Source of the DNA: Amoebidium appalachense
Taxonomy: Eukaryota; Protista; Ichthyosporea
DNA length: 64,000 nucleotides
Direction of reading: 5' to 3'
NCBI GenBank assembly: GCA_963693365.1
Contig: CAVNZM010000001.1
Location: 17,842,783 to 17,906,782, forward strand
Each line of letters begins with the position of its first letter. Within the stretch, counting starts at the first letter, position 1. Shown here piece after piece: positions 44,117 through 58,736 of the stretch. The notes below the pieces were generated by a model. It was not told the origin of the DNA. It worked only from the letters and a program-made list of their open reading frames with translations, and did no database searches. The position numbers were made by a program, and so were the translations under genes.

Positions 44117-44622
44117 CACGCTTGTCTGTTCGACGTCATTGCCTTGAAAACACATGTGAGTATGTTGCAGTGGGCCGCATTAGAAAAAATAGTTAGTACA
44201 TTGCTCGATACAACCAGAAATATTAGTCCATTCATCAGAGGCGGGCAAGATAACCGAACAGGTACCACTAAGGGACATGGATGTTTACATATGTGAGTGG
44301 GGGATTTCCTTGGATTACTGGTGCAATGGAAGCAAAATAGAGCCACCTTAGACTCCTCTCCTCTCAACCCTCCCTCCCTCCCCTCCCCCCCCCCCCCCCC
44401 CAAACACCACTACCATCACCACAGGTCCACCCTTTCTCTTCCCTCCTCCCCTTCCCCCCACAACCTCCCCACAACCCCCTCCCCCCCCCCCCCTCAACCT
44501 CCCCCCCCCCACACTCCCCCCAACTGCAACTCTCCATAACTACTACCACCATCATGACTCATTCCATTTTCCTCTCAGTGCCTCACCAACCAATCCGCCC
44601 CTCTCGTTTCCCCATCCTCTTT

Positions 44623-44679
<57 letters not shown>

Positions 44680-44693
44680 TTCCCCCAAACACA

Positions 44694-44726
<33 letters not shown>

Positions 44727-44856
44727 CTTCAGCCCTCTTGTCCATCTCACCCTCTGCTGTTCTCGACCTCAACCCACACAACCTCCTTTCATCACCTCCC
44801 CATCCCTTCACCCCCCTTATACACGTATCAACCCAAACGCGCCCTCACCAAATGCC

Positions 44857-44895
<39 letters not shown>

Positions 44896-45396
44896 CCCAA
44901 ACCCCTCCCCTCTCTCCCCCCCCCCCCCCCCCTCTCCTCTCCTTCCTCACCAGTCTTACACCAAACTCTCCCCAGCCCCCCCCCCCATTGCCCCTCTACC
45001 CAAAAAAACGCAAAGAAAACACAGTTTTGCCCACCTTGACCTGGCAGCCGTGGTCCTTGAATGACATGAGCATGTTCTGCACATACTCGTGGTGCAGGTC
45101 GTGCCGCTGCTTGAGGCTGCTGTACATCGCCCCCCTCTCCTCCAGCGTCTGTGGGGTTTTTTAATTAATTTTCTGTCTCAGTGACTGCAGACTATCGCAT
45201 TCTTAGGGTCAATGTCGGGAATCATTCTTGATGGACCTGTATTGTGATGAATAAAAAAAGAAAATGCCATATATGGGCAACACTGATCATGGCGGTTTGT
45301 GACATCGGCGGCATTAGCAGTAACGTGACATGTTTTAAGGGAGACGACGGGGGGCTTTGGATCTTTGTGTATGAGGCTGGACCTAGCGAGGGGCTT

Positions 45397-45433
<37 letters not shown>

Positions 45434-45544
45434 GGTATATGGGTGGACCTACGAGGGGGTGGAGAGGGGTGAGAAAAGAGCGAGATTTATAAAGGGGAAG
45501 GGGCGGAGTACGGGTATGTGTGTTGGTGGTGTGGTGGTGGTTGT

Positions 45545-45601
<57 letters not shown>

Positions 45602-45679
45602 ACCAAAGGAGGAGGCAAGGGAAGGGTGGATGGAGGGGGTATGTGTGTTGGTGATGTGGCGGTGGTTGTGGTGTGTGCG

Positions 45680-45750
<71 letters not shown>

Positions 45751-46725
45751 CAAAGGAGGAGGCAAGGGGAGGGGTGGATGGAGGGGATATGTGTGTTGGT
45801 GATGTGGCGGTGGTTGTGGTGTGTGTGTGTGTGTGTGTTTGTGCCGTGTGAAGACGACGCTTCCCCATGTGAATGTGTGTTTATAAAAGTGTGGTGCTTT
45901 GTGTGCCGTGAGGTGAGGGCCGGGGTGTACAAAGTAGCAAGCTTCCACGCATTCATGGCTTAAGTTTGACAGGAAAGGAGGGCAACAGAGGTGATCTATC
46001 AACACGGTGATGGGGGAGATGAATATCAGATGTGTGGACAGCACGCTTGCAGGAAGAGGGTGTGTGGGAGGTTGGAAAGTGACGTGAGGAGGGGGAGGCT
46101 GAGGGAACAGGGGAGGGGCAAATGGGGAGTTTGGGTTGGGAGAGGGGGAGGGGGGGGGGGGGGGGGGGGGGGGGTGACTTGATGTAAACAGGGTGAAAGG
46201 CAGGATAGGAGGGAGTGGTAAACAAGAGCACACCAGGGCACAATGACAACGGGGGGCTGCAGGGCCGGGGGGGGGGGGGGGGGGGGGGGAATAGAGCAAA
46301 CGGATGGAAGATGATGTTGGGCACAGGAGATATAAAAAAACGAGAAAATAGGAATGATTACAGGCGATACGTGCTAATGTGCACGGATAACAGAACTTAC
46401 AATTCGGAACACCTCCTCTGATAGGTGCGGAAACCGTCTTCGTTCATGCTCATACCTCGATAGTTTTGTGACCACCAATACCCTCCTAAGATTGAGCGTG
46501 TTGCGTGGTTCACGTGTCTGCAGCTGCAGTGTGCTTGGGTGTGTGTGTGGGGAGGGAGGGGGGAAAGGGGTGGAGGGAGGGGGGGGGGGGGGGGGGAGTG
46601 TGCGTGGTGGGTGGGTGGACGGGCTAGCGGTGTGTGTCTATGTAATTGTGTGTGATGGGAGGGAGATGAAGGGAGGGGCAGGATGGGGTGGTAGGGTAGG
46701 TAGGTATGGATGGGCAGTGGGTAGT

Positions 46726-46758
<33 letters not shown>

Positions 46759-47452
46759 GGGGGGAGGGGGTTTTGTTTAGAACACGATATCTGCACAATG
46801 CTCTCATACAACCCACGGCCGACGTCATGAATCTCGTATGTGCTCAATATCCCTCCTCACCCCCCCCCCCCCCCCCCCCCCTCACCCCGTTCTCCTTCCT
46901 ACCCCCTTACCCAACCAATACAACCATCAACATCACCACACACACACACACACACACACACAACCACAAAACACGCAGCAGGAACACATGTACACACCCT
47001 AACAAATGGACACACACAGCCCCCTGTCGCCATACCACACTTAGTCTTATTTCTTTTTCCATATTCTCCACGTTCAGATGTTATCCTATCTATTCTGCAC
47101 TCCTTTTCACCATTGATCTTCAACCAGATCGTTTTAAGCCCCCCTCCCCCCACCCCCCTTCCTTCTTTCCGCTTCTCCCCCCCCCCCCCCCCCCACCCCA
47201 CCACTCCGTATCCATCCACCCACACCCTGGGCGCCTAGAGAAGCACACACCACCACCACCTCCCCCCACCCCCCCCACCCCCACCCCCTCCCCCCCACAC
47301 ACAACCAATACCACACACACACACACACACCTACCCCCCCACCCCCCCCCCACCTCCCCCACACACCTTACCACACACACACACCACCACCCACCCACCC
47401 ACCCACCCACCCACCCACCCACCCACACACACATTCCTACCCACACCCACCC

Positions 47453-47483
<31 letters not shown>

Positions 47484-47950
47484 CAAGGCATACGCACATA
47501 TTGCTCCGGCTTTGTCATCCTCATGCGTGGGGTGGTGATCTGTGCCGGATAGCTGTCCCCAGGGTCTGTGCTATCGTTTGTGCTGTTGCCGAAGTGACGA
47601 ACCAATAGGTTCCCACTGCATCTGGATGTGTGCCTGGGCAACCTGAGAGGTGAGGGGGGGGGGGGGGGGGAGGAAAGGGGAAGGATTCAATATAAATAAA
47701 GGGAAAAGAAGGGGGGGAGGGGGGAGGGGAGGGAGAGAGAGGGGGGGGGGGGGGGGGGGAAAGGGAGGAGGAGGGGCATGGTAAAAGCCGGGAAATGAAG
47801 GTCCCCGAGGGGGGGGGGGGGGGAGGGGGCGGGAGGGGGGAGGGGGGGAAAGGGGTGGAGATCTGGGGGGAGACGGACTACTGCGAGTATGTGTTCCGTG
47901 GGCCTACCGGCCCGTATGTTTCTGCTTGTTTGGCGGGTCTGTGTGTGTAT

Positions 47951-47989
<39 letters not shown>

Positions 47990-49161
47990 CGCGTGCGCGC
48001 GTGCCCAGGCTCCATGTACTTATTTCTCGATGACTCCTAGTACACAGCTGGGACCAAGCTCGGCCATGGAATTGATATGTTGATCAGAGTGATTATTTAG
48101 AAAAATAAGGGAAAGAGCAACATGTAGAGTCCTGTCTGTGTGCGGGGGTGTGTTTACACACTCACGTCCCCAAAGGGAGGATGGGTGGGTGGAGAGGGGG
48201 GAGGGGGGGAGGGGAGGGGGCTGGCTCAAGATCCTTTGTACTTCAATCAAATTTGTAGTTCAATCACGAAATAACTTTCAGGCAAAGGAAACCTTATAAT
48301 GGATGCGCAACCAGACAAGGGATCCCCCAAGGGGGTGTTGTGTGTGTGTGTGTGTGTGTGTGGGAAGGGATGGGTGGAAGGGGGGGGGGGGGGGGGGGGG
48401 CAAACCAGGCGAGCCCCGGGGGATGGGGAGTTTATATAGTTGCTTGTTAGAGTATGCTGATTACATTCATGTAATAGAGGGCACGACATAGAGTATGCAT
48501 TTGTGTGGAAGGGCCAAGTTCGAAGAACTTGTCATTGAATCGAGTCATACAGAGAGAAGCAGAGTGATAAAATGAAAAGGGAGCGAGTGGGAGGGATTTT
48601 AACGGCAGATTGTACTTTTCCATTGGGACTAGTGATACCGGTGCTGTTCAAAATCGTTGTGTGTAGAAGAACGAGAGGACAAATGATAACCACTGAGAAA
48701 AACAGGAGGCGAAAAACAAAAGAAGAAAAAGAACTTTGTAACATGCACAAGCGAGGGTCTGCTTGAATACGCACTTGTGAGCACAATTTCCTGCTCTCCA
48801 TGCTTGGGCGCCTGCCGCACACAGGGAATTCTTCCAGCATGCTAGTCCTGGAAAAGGAGAATCATGGATTAGCTTGATCACACACGTGTCTTTCTAAGTC
48901 ATAAAACCGGCAGAGCGCTGCATTTTTACCACCATGCGTATAGCAAACCGGCAGATTATAACTGGTCGTGTCGCCCTTGCGTAGACAGATCAGCGAAGAA
49001 CATGTGCGGGCCAACATGGATTTGGGATGGGCACCCCAGTGAACACGCACCTGCCCCTTGTGTTTCACGTGTTTTCTAACAAAACATAACTAACATGCCA
49101 CCACTTGCTTACCTCCTCTTGCTGCTGCCGCCACTGCTGCTGTTGCTGCCGCCCTGCTCAT
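39943..49161 (-). CDS. NADK2: NAD kinase 2, mitochondrial type (~442 aa, 12 exons)
   Basis: Exons: 49113-49161, 48775-48847, 47498-47642, 46810-46832 (tentative), 46401-46485, 45035-45148, 43925-44051, 43285-43381, 42188-42356, 41227-41366, 40644-40796, 39943-40096. Motifs [72 protein letters not shown] and VVDG match the NADK2/C5orf33 subfamily. The Arg/Ala-rich, acid-free N-terminus suggests a presequence. Confidence 0.9.
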
Positions 49162-50158
49162 CGTGACACGTGGCGCTGCAGTTGTAATTTAAAGGAAGAC
49201 AGTACCCCTTATGGTGTGAAAAGATGTTAGCCAGATTGAGTCTCCAAAACCAATAGCACCTCGCAACTGATCTGGTCACCAAAGTCTGAATGGTGAGACG
49301 GAACTGGCGCAATTTCTTACTAGAAGCTTTTCCTTCAGTGAAAAACAACACCTTAAGGCCCGTAGTGCATATAGATGCAGTCTAAATCAGTGAAGTTACT
49401 TGATTGATGCCATAAGCAGAAAGATCCAACAAGCCTAAACGGTGGAGGGAGAGAGAGTGAAGCTGTATTTGTGTGAGGGCGCGCTTTAGGTGAGTGGTCA
49501 CGAATTCGCAATAAGAGCCAAAAAGACATTATACGTACATGATAATTCACGAATGATAACGCTTTTATTTAGTTTAACAGATATTGATTGGATGCCTGTG
49601 GTGCATGGACTAATCGTTACGCTGTAGCTTTTGTCCTTGAATGGAACAACTCAAAAGTTCGAAGTGAAGCGCTACTCGAGGCTCAATCAACTTTTGTGTA
49701 AGCCTGGGTCCAACCAAAATCCTATGTCGTGGCCATGGTGTGCATGCACCCAAACTTTAACGAAAATACTCTCCTACCAAAAGGTTTTGTTTGGGTTCAC
49801 GAAATACAAAGTGACGCCATAGACTTTCGGGATATAGGATATGGCCATGTGTGCCATGTCGATGCATATGTGAATGGGCCGGGCCATTCAATTTGCCAGT
49901 TCTAGGCGAGTCCTAAGGTGCCATCTACGTCAATAAACAGCGTGGACTTGAGGTGGCACCTCACGGTACAGAGAACAATTGAAGCCTCACATGGGTAGTA
50001 TTCGGGTAGTATTCATGGTATAGTATACTGGTACGTGCATGGCCATCAGCACGAGGGGCAAGAAAACGGAGAAAACGGAAGAGCGGGTCAAAAGCGCAGG
50101 CCCCAAAGAATCCGTGTTAAACCCGCCAGGGCCAGGGGAGAAGAAGGGGAGGGAGGAA

Positions 50159-50190
<32 letters not shown>

Positions 50191-50326
50191 TGAATGCGCT
50201 ATGAATCTCGAAGTACACATAAACAACGGACATCACGCTGCTGAGTACAAACCACACATAAAAGGAGTAGGCATAATGTGCATAGCCCATCCTCAGAGGG
50301 GGCCTACGAGGGGGGGGGGGGCCTAC

Positions 50327-50361
<35 letters not shown>

Positions 50362-50644
50362 CGATGACGTTTCAAAAAGATTTAATTCCTCATGACATCA
50401 AAGCGACGGGCTCCTGTACAACACGAAAGAAACGAGCCGAAAATAAATACAGTACAGCTATTTTGAAGCAGATGTTACCAACTAATGCTAAATATCATGA
50501 TGAAGTTTTTGGTTTCTGGCATTATTGCATCGGCAAGGCAAGCACACAAGCACGTTGTCCCTGAATCCCAATTACATACCAAATTCCATACATAACATAA
50601 TATCTGGTAGTGAATATGTTCACCCTCTTTGCGTAATCAGTTCC

Positions 50645-50773
50645 TTACATGGCGTCGTGGAAGGTACGGGCAATGACCTCCTTCTGCTGGGCAGGGGTCA
50701 GGCGCACAAAGTTGACGGCGTAGCCGCTGCAAGGGATTCAGATGTTAGCACATGACAGGAAAAAAAGGTGCAA

Positions 50774-50819
<46 letters not shown>

Positions 50820-52619
50820 CCCTTTTGCTTTTCCAAATTGTTTAATTTCAACTTAAACATTTTTACTATTATTTTGTTTTTATTATTTCTATTTTTTTAT
50901 TTTTCTTATTTTTTTTTTTTTGGGGGGGGGGGGTTTGCAAATATGTTATCTATGAAGAAAAAGTTCTGATCATCGTGCAAACCTCCATCCTTCCAGGTTT
51001 ATATATCAACCTACACACCAACAGAGCCAAATATGTGCAAAAACCAGAATTACACAAACACGACATGCAACCAAACACAAATCCCCCAAGCCCCTGCACA
51101 AATCCAAACAGAATCACGCACCTGACACGGATGGTGAGCTGAGGGTACTTCTCAGGGTGGGCCATGGCATCCTCCAGAGTCTCGCGGTTGAACACGTTGA
51201 CGTTCAGGTGGTGTGCCCCCTTCTGGAAGTATCCGTCAAGCAGTGCGCTTAGGTTCTTGAGTCTGTCTTCGGACGTCTTGCCAAGCGTGGTGGGGACAAT
51301 AGAGAACGTGTTGCTGATACCATCAAGTGCAGCCTCGTACGGGAGCTGGGCAACGGAGTTAAGGGAGGCAAGTGCACCCTGCGTGTCACGGCCGTGCATG
51401 GGGTTGGCACCGGGGGCAAACGCTTCACCCTTAATGCGACCGTCGGGGGTGGCGCCTGTCTTGCGGCCGTACACGACGTTGGAGGTGATGGTAAGCACGG
51501 AGAGGGTATGTTCTGCGTTGCGGTAGGTGGGGTGTTTCTTCAGTTTTGCAGAGAAAGACCTGACAATGTCGCTTGCAATGCTGTCCACGCGCTGATCATC
51601 GTTTCCGTATTTGGGGTAGTCGCCGACGATTTCGAAGCTGGTGGTCAGGCCGGTCTTGGGGTCGCGGACGGGTGTGACCTTGGCGTACTTGATGGCAGAG
51701 AGGGAGTCAGCAACAACGGAGAGACCGGCAATGCCAAAGGCCATGAAGCTGTAGGGGGGGAGGGGGGGGGGGGGGGGGGGGGGGAGGTTAGAATGTGCAT
51801 ATGGTGCACTGTATGAAGGACTTGTTGGGAGGCAGGCGGAAGGGAGAAACGAGAAAGGGTGGGGAATGGGGAGGAGACTATGTATGACCATGAAAAATGC
51901 AACCCATCGCTCTCCTCTTCTAAAGGTGTGCTCGCTTAAATAAATGTGTGCGGATGTGATTTGGTGCGCGCTGTAGTAACTTAACCTTTTCTTTTCTTCC
52001 TTTTTCTTTTTTTTTCTTTACTATTCTTCCTTTTCCTTCCCTTTTTTTTTTTTTTTTTTTTTTCCTTTTTTGAGACGGGAGGGAGGGAGGGGGGGGGGGG
52101 GGGGGGGGGGGCATAGAATGTGGTAAAATGGGTAATCGTAAAAAGCAGATACAGGGAGATAATAATCATGATGATGACGACGCTGAGAAGAAAGCACGCA
52201 CACAAAGCAGGGGGAGGTACCGGTGGACATTAGTGTCGTGCAGGGCCATCTGCAGGGACTCGTAGCAGTACTTGTCGTGCATGAAGTGGATGATGTTCAT
52301 GGTGTTGACGTACACCTTGGCAATCCACTCCATCGCAGCATCGTACTGCACCCTGTGTGGAGGGGAAGAAGTTGTCAAAAAGGAATGAAAAAAAGGACGT
52401 TGCTAAACGGTTGAACAATGTTGCAATAGACTTTCGTGGTTGGCTTTTACTTCAAGTTTTGTGAAAAACACATCTAAAACAAGTGAACAAAATGAAAAGG
52501 AAAGAACAGGGAAAGCCAACACTTAGAAAGCGCAAGTTGTGTGTGTGCAAGTGCGTATGGGCACACACTTTTTTCTTTTCGGCTTTTTTTTCTTTTTTCC
52601 CCCGGGCAGGCAGGGAGAA

Positions 52620-52655
<36 letters not shown>

Positions 52656-53691
52656 ACTTACATAACTTGATCGTAGTTGAGGGGGCCGTCTGCAGGCTTG
52701 GGGAACTTGGGGCTGACCTGCTTGCCGGTGACCTCGTCCACACCGCCGTTCATGGAGTACAGCAGCAGCTTGGCCAGGTTGCAGCGTGCTCCAAAGAACT
52801 GCATCTGCTTGCCCATCGCCATGCCCGATACACAGCACGCAATGCCGTAGTCAGACCCGTATACCCCTGCAAAAAAAACACAAGTCAGCCTGCATACTCA
52901 TATAGTGCAAATTACACATTCCTGACGGACAAAGCACACGTAGAGAGCTTGCAACATAAGCGGAGCCCCTTCTTATTCTTCTTCTTCTTCTTCTTCTTCT
53001 TCTTTTTTGTGAGTATGTGTGTGTGTGTGTGCGCGCGCGCGCGCGCGCATGCATGCATGCATGTGTTGTTCCCCTCAGTTTGGGGGGGGGTGGGGGGGGA
53101 TAGCGGGGGGAAAAAAAGGGGGGGGGGGGGGGGGAAGAAAGAGGGAGAGAGCAAAAAGATTCACACGTACCTCTCATCTGGTCATCGTTCTCATACTGAA
53201 TGGATGACGTGTCCACGGAGACCTTAGCGCAGAATTTCTTGAAGTTTTCAGGCAGATTCTGTGCCCACAGCACGGTGATGTTGGGCTCGGGGGCAGGGCC
53301 AAGGTTGTACAGGGTCTGAAGAATACGGAAGGAAGTCTTTGTAACAAGGTGCTTGCCGCAACCGTCCGAGCCGCCAAGAGCAACAGTGACCCATGTTGGG
53401 TCACCGGCAAACAGGTCGTTGTAATCCGGTGTGCGCAGGTGGCGGACAAGACGCAGCTTGATCACAAAGTCGTCGATCATCTCCTGCGCCTGTGACTCGG
53501 TGATCTTGCCCTCGGAAAGGTCCTGCGTTTAAATGATTGTGTGTGATTAGAACCGTTGCTTTGTTTTCGTGGTGAAAAGCGAAAACAGGTAAGAGGCGAG
53601 CAAAACCAGCAGTATTAAGGAGGAGAGGAGGGACCTGAAAGGCAGACATACATCCCAAAGAGAAACCAACGACCAACGAACTCATAATACT

Positions 53692-53722
<31 letters not shown>

Positions 53723-54474
53723 AAAAAAAAAAAAAAAGGAAAGAAAAGAAAAAGAAAGAAAGAGGGAATAAGAAAGACAGAAAGAAAAAAAGAGAACCCC
53801 AACCTCCTCCCCAACCGATTGTACTTTCGCCATCCCCCTACACACCTTCTCAATGTAGTAGTCCAGGAAAGCATCAATACGGCCAATAGACATGGCGGCA
53901 CCGTCCTGCTCCTTGACAGCCCCCAGGTAGCCAAAGTACAGCCACTGGATGGCCTCCTGTGCAGACTGGGCTGGCCGGCCCAGGTCCAGCCCTCCGTACA
54001 TCTTGCCCAGCTCCTTGAGGTCGTTCAGTGCCTTGATCTGCTCGGCTACCTCCTCCCTGTAACAGATTTATGCATTGTGTAAGAGCAGACGCAAAGTGTG
54101 TTTCTGTCTACGGAGGTTTATGCATTGTGTAAGAGCAAACATAGAGTGTGTTTCTCCTTGCATCTAGGTAGCGCTTTAGGTTATTCTTGAACGGCAAATC
54201 CCTGCTGCAATGCATTGCCCTATTTTGCCTTGCTCCCCGTCCCCCCCCCTCCCCGCCCCCCCCCCCCCCCCCCCCTTCCCTCCCATTCAACACATGCACG
54301 TGCTCACATACTAGGGGGAGGGGGGAGGAAAAGAAGAGAAATTGTAGAGAAATTGTAAATATTGAAATAAGGGAGCAGGCAAAAGAAAGTTGAAGGGGGG
54401 TGGGGGCCCCGGGGGGGGGGGGGGGGGGGGGGGGTGAGGCAGCGAGAACACAGGGACCAGAAGAGAGGGGGGAA

Positions 54475-54514
<40 letters not shown>

Positions 54515-54828
54515 GGTGTGCAGGGCACGTACGAGAGACGAATAACGTCGTCGAGCTTTGGTGATTCGTCCATCCCAGCCTTATCCTCTTTCTTCCACTT
54601 GATCAGTTGGTCCACACCGTACAGCGCAATGCGCCGGTTGTCACCAATGATGCGCCCACGCCCGTATGCGTCAGGGAGACCAGTGAGAATGGCGTTGGAG
54701 CGGCACCTGCGGATCTCCGCGGTGTAGACATCAAAGACGCCTTGGTTGTGTGTCTTGCGGTACTTGGTGAAGATCTCCTTGACAACAGGGTCGAGCTTGT
54801 AGCCGTAGGCCTCGCTGTGCGTGCGGGC

Positions 54829-54859
<31 letters not shown>

Positions 54860-55049
54860 GGGGGGGGGGAGGGGGGGGGAGGGGGGGGGGTTATTAGAGG
54901 AGAGTACACAAGAAACAGAAATGAACATAAATGGTCATGGTGTAGCATAAACAGGCCTACAAATCGTCATGTCCCCAAAGCCGATCCCAAAAAAAAAAAA
55001 AAAAAGGTTGGTGAAACAATTTTTTTCCCCCCAATGCTAACTCCAACTG

Positions 55050-55081
<32 letters not shown>

Positions 55082-56411
55082 AAAGGATGATAATGACAGG
55101 CGAGAAAGCCAAAATGGATATGGGACGCGGTATATATACATAGCGAGACGTCTTCGGCAGGCAACGAAAGAAACAATCATAGGCGTTAGCAGTAAAGTTT
55201 GTGGCAAGGAAGCTGCAGAGGAGTATAACAGGGCCTTTGAATGGGCACAGCAATCAAGGGCACGGGAAAAAGGAAGATAAGAAAATGAGAAAACAGAAGA
55301 GCAAAGGAAGGTGGGCAAGGGGAACTGAAGTGGCATTCTCAAGCAGGCAACCAGAATACAAGAAAAGCAAAACCCTCTCATCTACTGCTTCTCTTCATTT
55401 ATATCAATAAACTTTCTCTTTTCAGATGAGGGAGGGGGGAGGGGGAGGGGGGGGGGGAGGGGAGACATGAAACGGGCTAGGGTAGGCCTCTGCGTGAGTG
55501 GGTGTGTGTGAGTGTGGTGGTGTGTGTGTGTGTGTGTGTGTGTACGAAGTCTTCAAACATAGCGATCAACACTGCAGACTGGGGGGGCCAAAGTCGAAAG
55601 CGGGTTGTAAAACAACACGAACAGAATAAAATCCCTTACCAGGCCTGCTCCACCATGCCGATACCACCATATGGCTTGATAGCCCTCTTCAGGGGTTTGT
55701 CGGTCTGGAAGCCAACGATTTTCTCCTGGTCCTTGTCAAGGTAGCCAGGTGGGTGAGAGGTGATGGAGCTCACCGTCTTGGGATCAACATCAAACACGCC
55801 TACAGGGTAGCACGTCAAGATTCGTCGCTAATAGCGTATCAAGCTTAGAAGGAAAGCAATAAAATAACACTCTGCCAACAGACAGACAACTACGGCATGA
55901 CAAGCCCAGAGCCTCTCAAGCACGTGGATCTACAACCCTCCCCCCACCCACCCCCCTCCCCCTGCCCCACCTCCCCTCTGCCCCCGCCCCTGCGCAAAAA
56001 AAAAAGCCACACAAGCCATACATGTGCGCAAACACAAACACACACGCACACGCACACACGCACACACACACGATCAAACCAGCTGTGCAAGTGGAAACTC
56101 CTACTTCAACTAAACAGAGATAGCTGTTAGACTCAACCCAACTAAGCAGAAATCAGGTAACTACCTTTCTTGATTTCAATGTCAAGATACTCGCGCGCCA
56201 GCTTCCAGATATTCTTCGTCCTTTCCGTGGCAGGCGCCAGGAAGTCAGCCGGGCCATCGTAGCGTTTTGCGTTTTTCTCCACCCACTCGCTAACCGTCCC
56301 GACGTGGAACATGCGCCTGCCCATAACATAGAGGGCAGAGCCGCCCTGCACCACCACCTGTTTTGACAGGGGTGCCAAGGCGGCAGTGTGCGCTAGTGAT
56401 GCGCTAAACAT
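50645..56411 (-). CDS. pflB: Pyruvate formate-lyase (formate C-acetyltransferase), glycyl-radical enzyme, ~765 aa, 9 exons, with N-terminal extension
   Basis: Exons: 56165-56411, 55640-55799, 54533-54814, 53846-54056, 53171-53522, 52662-52866, 52221-52352, 51122-51748, 50645-50726. Motifs: [41 protein letters not shown], catalytic [28 protein letters not shown] and the glycyl-radical loop QLTIRVSGYAV. Confidence 0.97.
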
Positions 56412-56536
56412 GGTTGCTTGGTGTAATTCCTTCTCCTTTCCCAAACTTTTGACACAAACCTGTCACCAAAAGCGAAAGAATAAATACAAACCGGCGCGAA
56501 ACTTGACAGGCCTGTAGAAAACGAGAAATGGAATGG

Positions 56537-56588
56537 TTTATATATGGGCGGCGGCCGACGGCCCAGCACGAGAGATTGATTTGATTGG
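56537..56588 (-). promoter_or_regulatory. Putative TATA and CCAAT boxes of the PFL gene
   Basis: Minus-strand TATATAAA at 56537-56544 and CCAAT at ~56584-56588, ~130-175 bp upstream of the ATG. Confidence 0.45.
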
Positions 56589-57307
56589 CTTCCACATGGA
56601 GCTTTCTATATATGGCAGCTACTTTCGCGAGCGTAGGAATGTAAACGGCAGGATAATGCATGATAAAACACGAATCAAAACTTGTTTTCTGGAAGAAAGA
56701 TAGGAAGTGCACATTTTTCTAGGGCTATGGGCCAATCAACGCCTGCGTCGAGAAGAAATCCATGGCTAGACGCATATGGTGCGAGCCGCTCGATGATCAC
56801 GATCATCGCGGGCGGCGTTCAACGGGATCTCCATTGAGGCTACTTGTGATTACGTTATAAGCACCCCACCCATTTCTTCTCCTTCAGTAAAAAAAAAAAA
56901 ACATCATGGGGAAGGCAAAGGGAAATGGAAACTGGGGCCCGAAAAAGGCGCCTAAGACCGTGCGCCCATGCTTATGTTGGCTGTTTACGCGTGCGAAGGA
57001 GTTGAAATTTCAATGCGCAGCCCTGAGGCACTCGCCTGTATTTACCGGATTCCGACCGGATCTCCGGTGGCAGTGCATGCACATGTGCCTCGCTCAGTTT
57101 TTTATGACTTCGTGCCGTGACTCCGTTCAACGGTGTGGCACGTGACGTGGGGAAACTTTTTTGCCACGATGCGACTTGAGGAATTCGGTGTGGATTTGGC
57201 CCCTGCAAGGCTCAAGCTTGGGCATGACACAGACAATGCCACATGCGCATGCACGTGTGCATGCAATATTTGGCGGAATGCAGCGGCTGCGGTGCTTAGA
57301 TACCCAA

Positions 57308-57391
<84 letters not shown>

Positions 57392-57453
57392 GCACGCACA
57401 CGCACGCACGCACGCACACACACACACGCACACACACGCATACACACGCACAC

Positions 57454-57567
<114 letters not shown>

Positions 57568-57705
57568 GCATTGCATGCATGCAAGCGTGCATGCACACAA
57601 AAACACAGACTAGCAACACTAGGAATTCCGGATATAAATATTATGAAGTATTTAAACATGACCTTTCTAATGTGTCGCTACTCTTTCGTGCCTCCCTCGT
57701 GCCTC

Positions 57706-57738
<33 letters not shown>

Positions 57739-58014
57739 ACACACACACACCACCACCCCCACCCCCACCCACCCACCCACCCACAAAAACACACACACAT
57801 GTGCACAGCGCGTACACAACACACACACACACAGACAGACACACGCACCCACACACTCACACACACACACAAACACCAACTCAGTGTCACACACGCACGC
57901 ACAAACACAGAAAGGAGATGGCCCGTGATATCAGAGGGGAAGAGGGGGAGGGAGGGGGGGGGAGGAGAGAGAGAAAGAGTGAGTGAGTGAGTGAGTGAGT
58001 GAGTGAGTGAGTGA

Positions 58015-58251
<237 letters not shown>

Positions 58252-58736
58252 GCAGACTCTGAGGAAAGACAGGGAAAAAGCGGGAAAAAAGAGAACGACA
58301 GGGAGGGGGGCGTGGGAGGGGGGTAGTTGTAGGTTTCGATATTCTTTTATTACTTTCGCCATTCGGGACTCTTGAATAATAATAAAAAGGAACTGCACTG
58401 AACATTGAATGGTGCACACATAATCATTATAGCAGCACTAGTAGCAGCACATCAACTATGTGTCCGAAGTTCCCATCACCAATCAAGACGTTTAGACTTT
58501 TGTGATAGCCACACCATTTACATCATCCGTGCTCCGATTAAACACATCCGCCGTGCCGAGGTACTCATGAGGTTGGTGACATTAGTTGCACTCACAGCTC
58601 CCTTCTGTGTGGCTCCACTGTGTCTCCTCTGCACACACCCCTCGCCAAGACTGCTCTTTTCGCCCTCCTCCTTCATCGAATTCGATTGGTTTGAATTAAC
58701 GTCAAGCGTCATGGTGGACATACCCGCCGACGGGAG

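Noticed and set aside
48928-49017. Alternative NADK2 start [14 protein letters not shown]
   Set aside because: Exon 49113-49161 has a stronger GTAAGC donor in the required phase. An alternative first exon cannot be excluded without RNA data.
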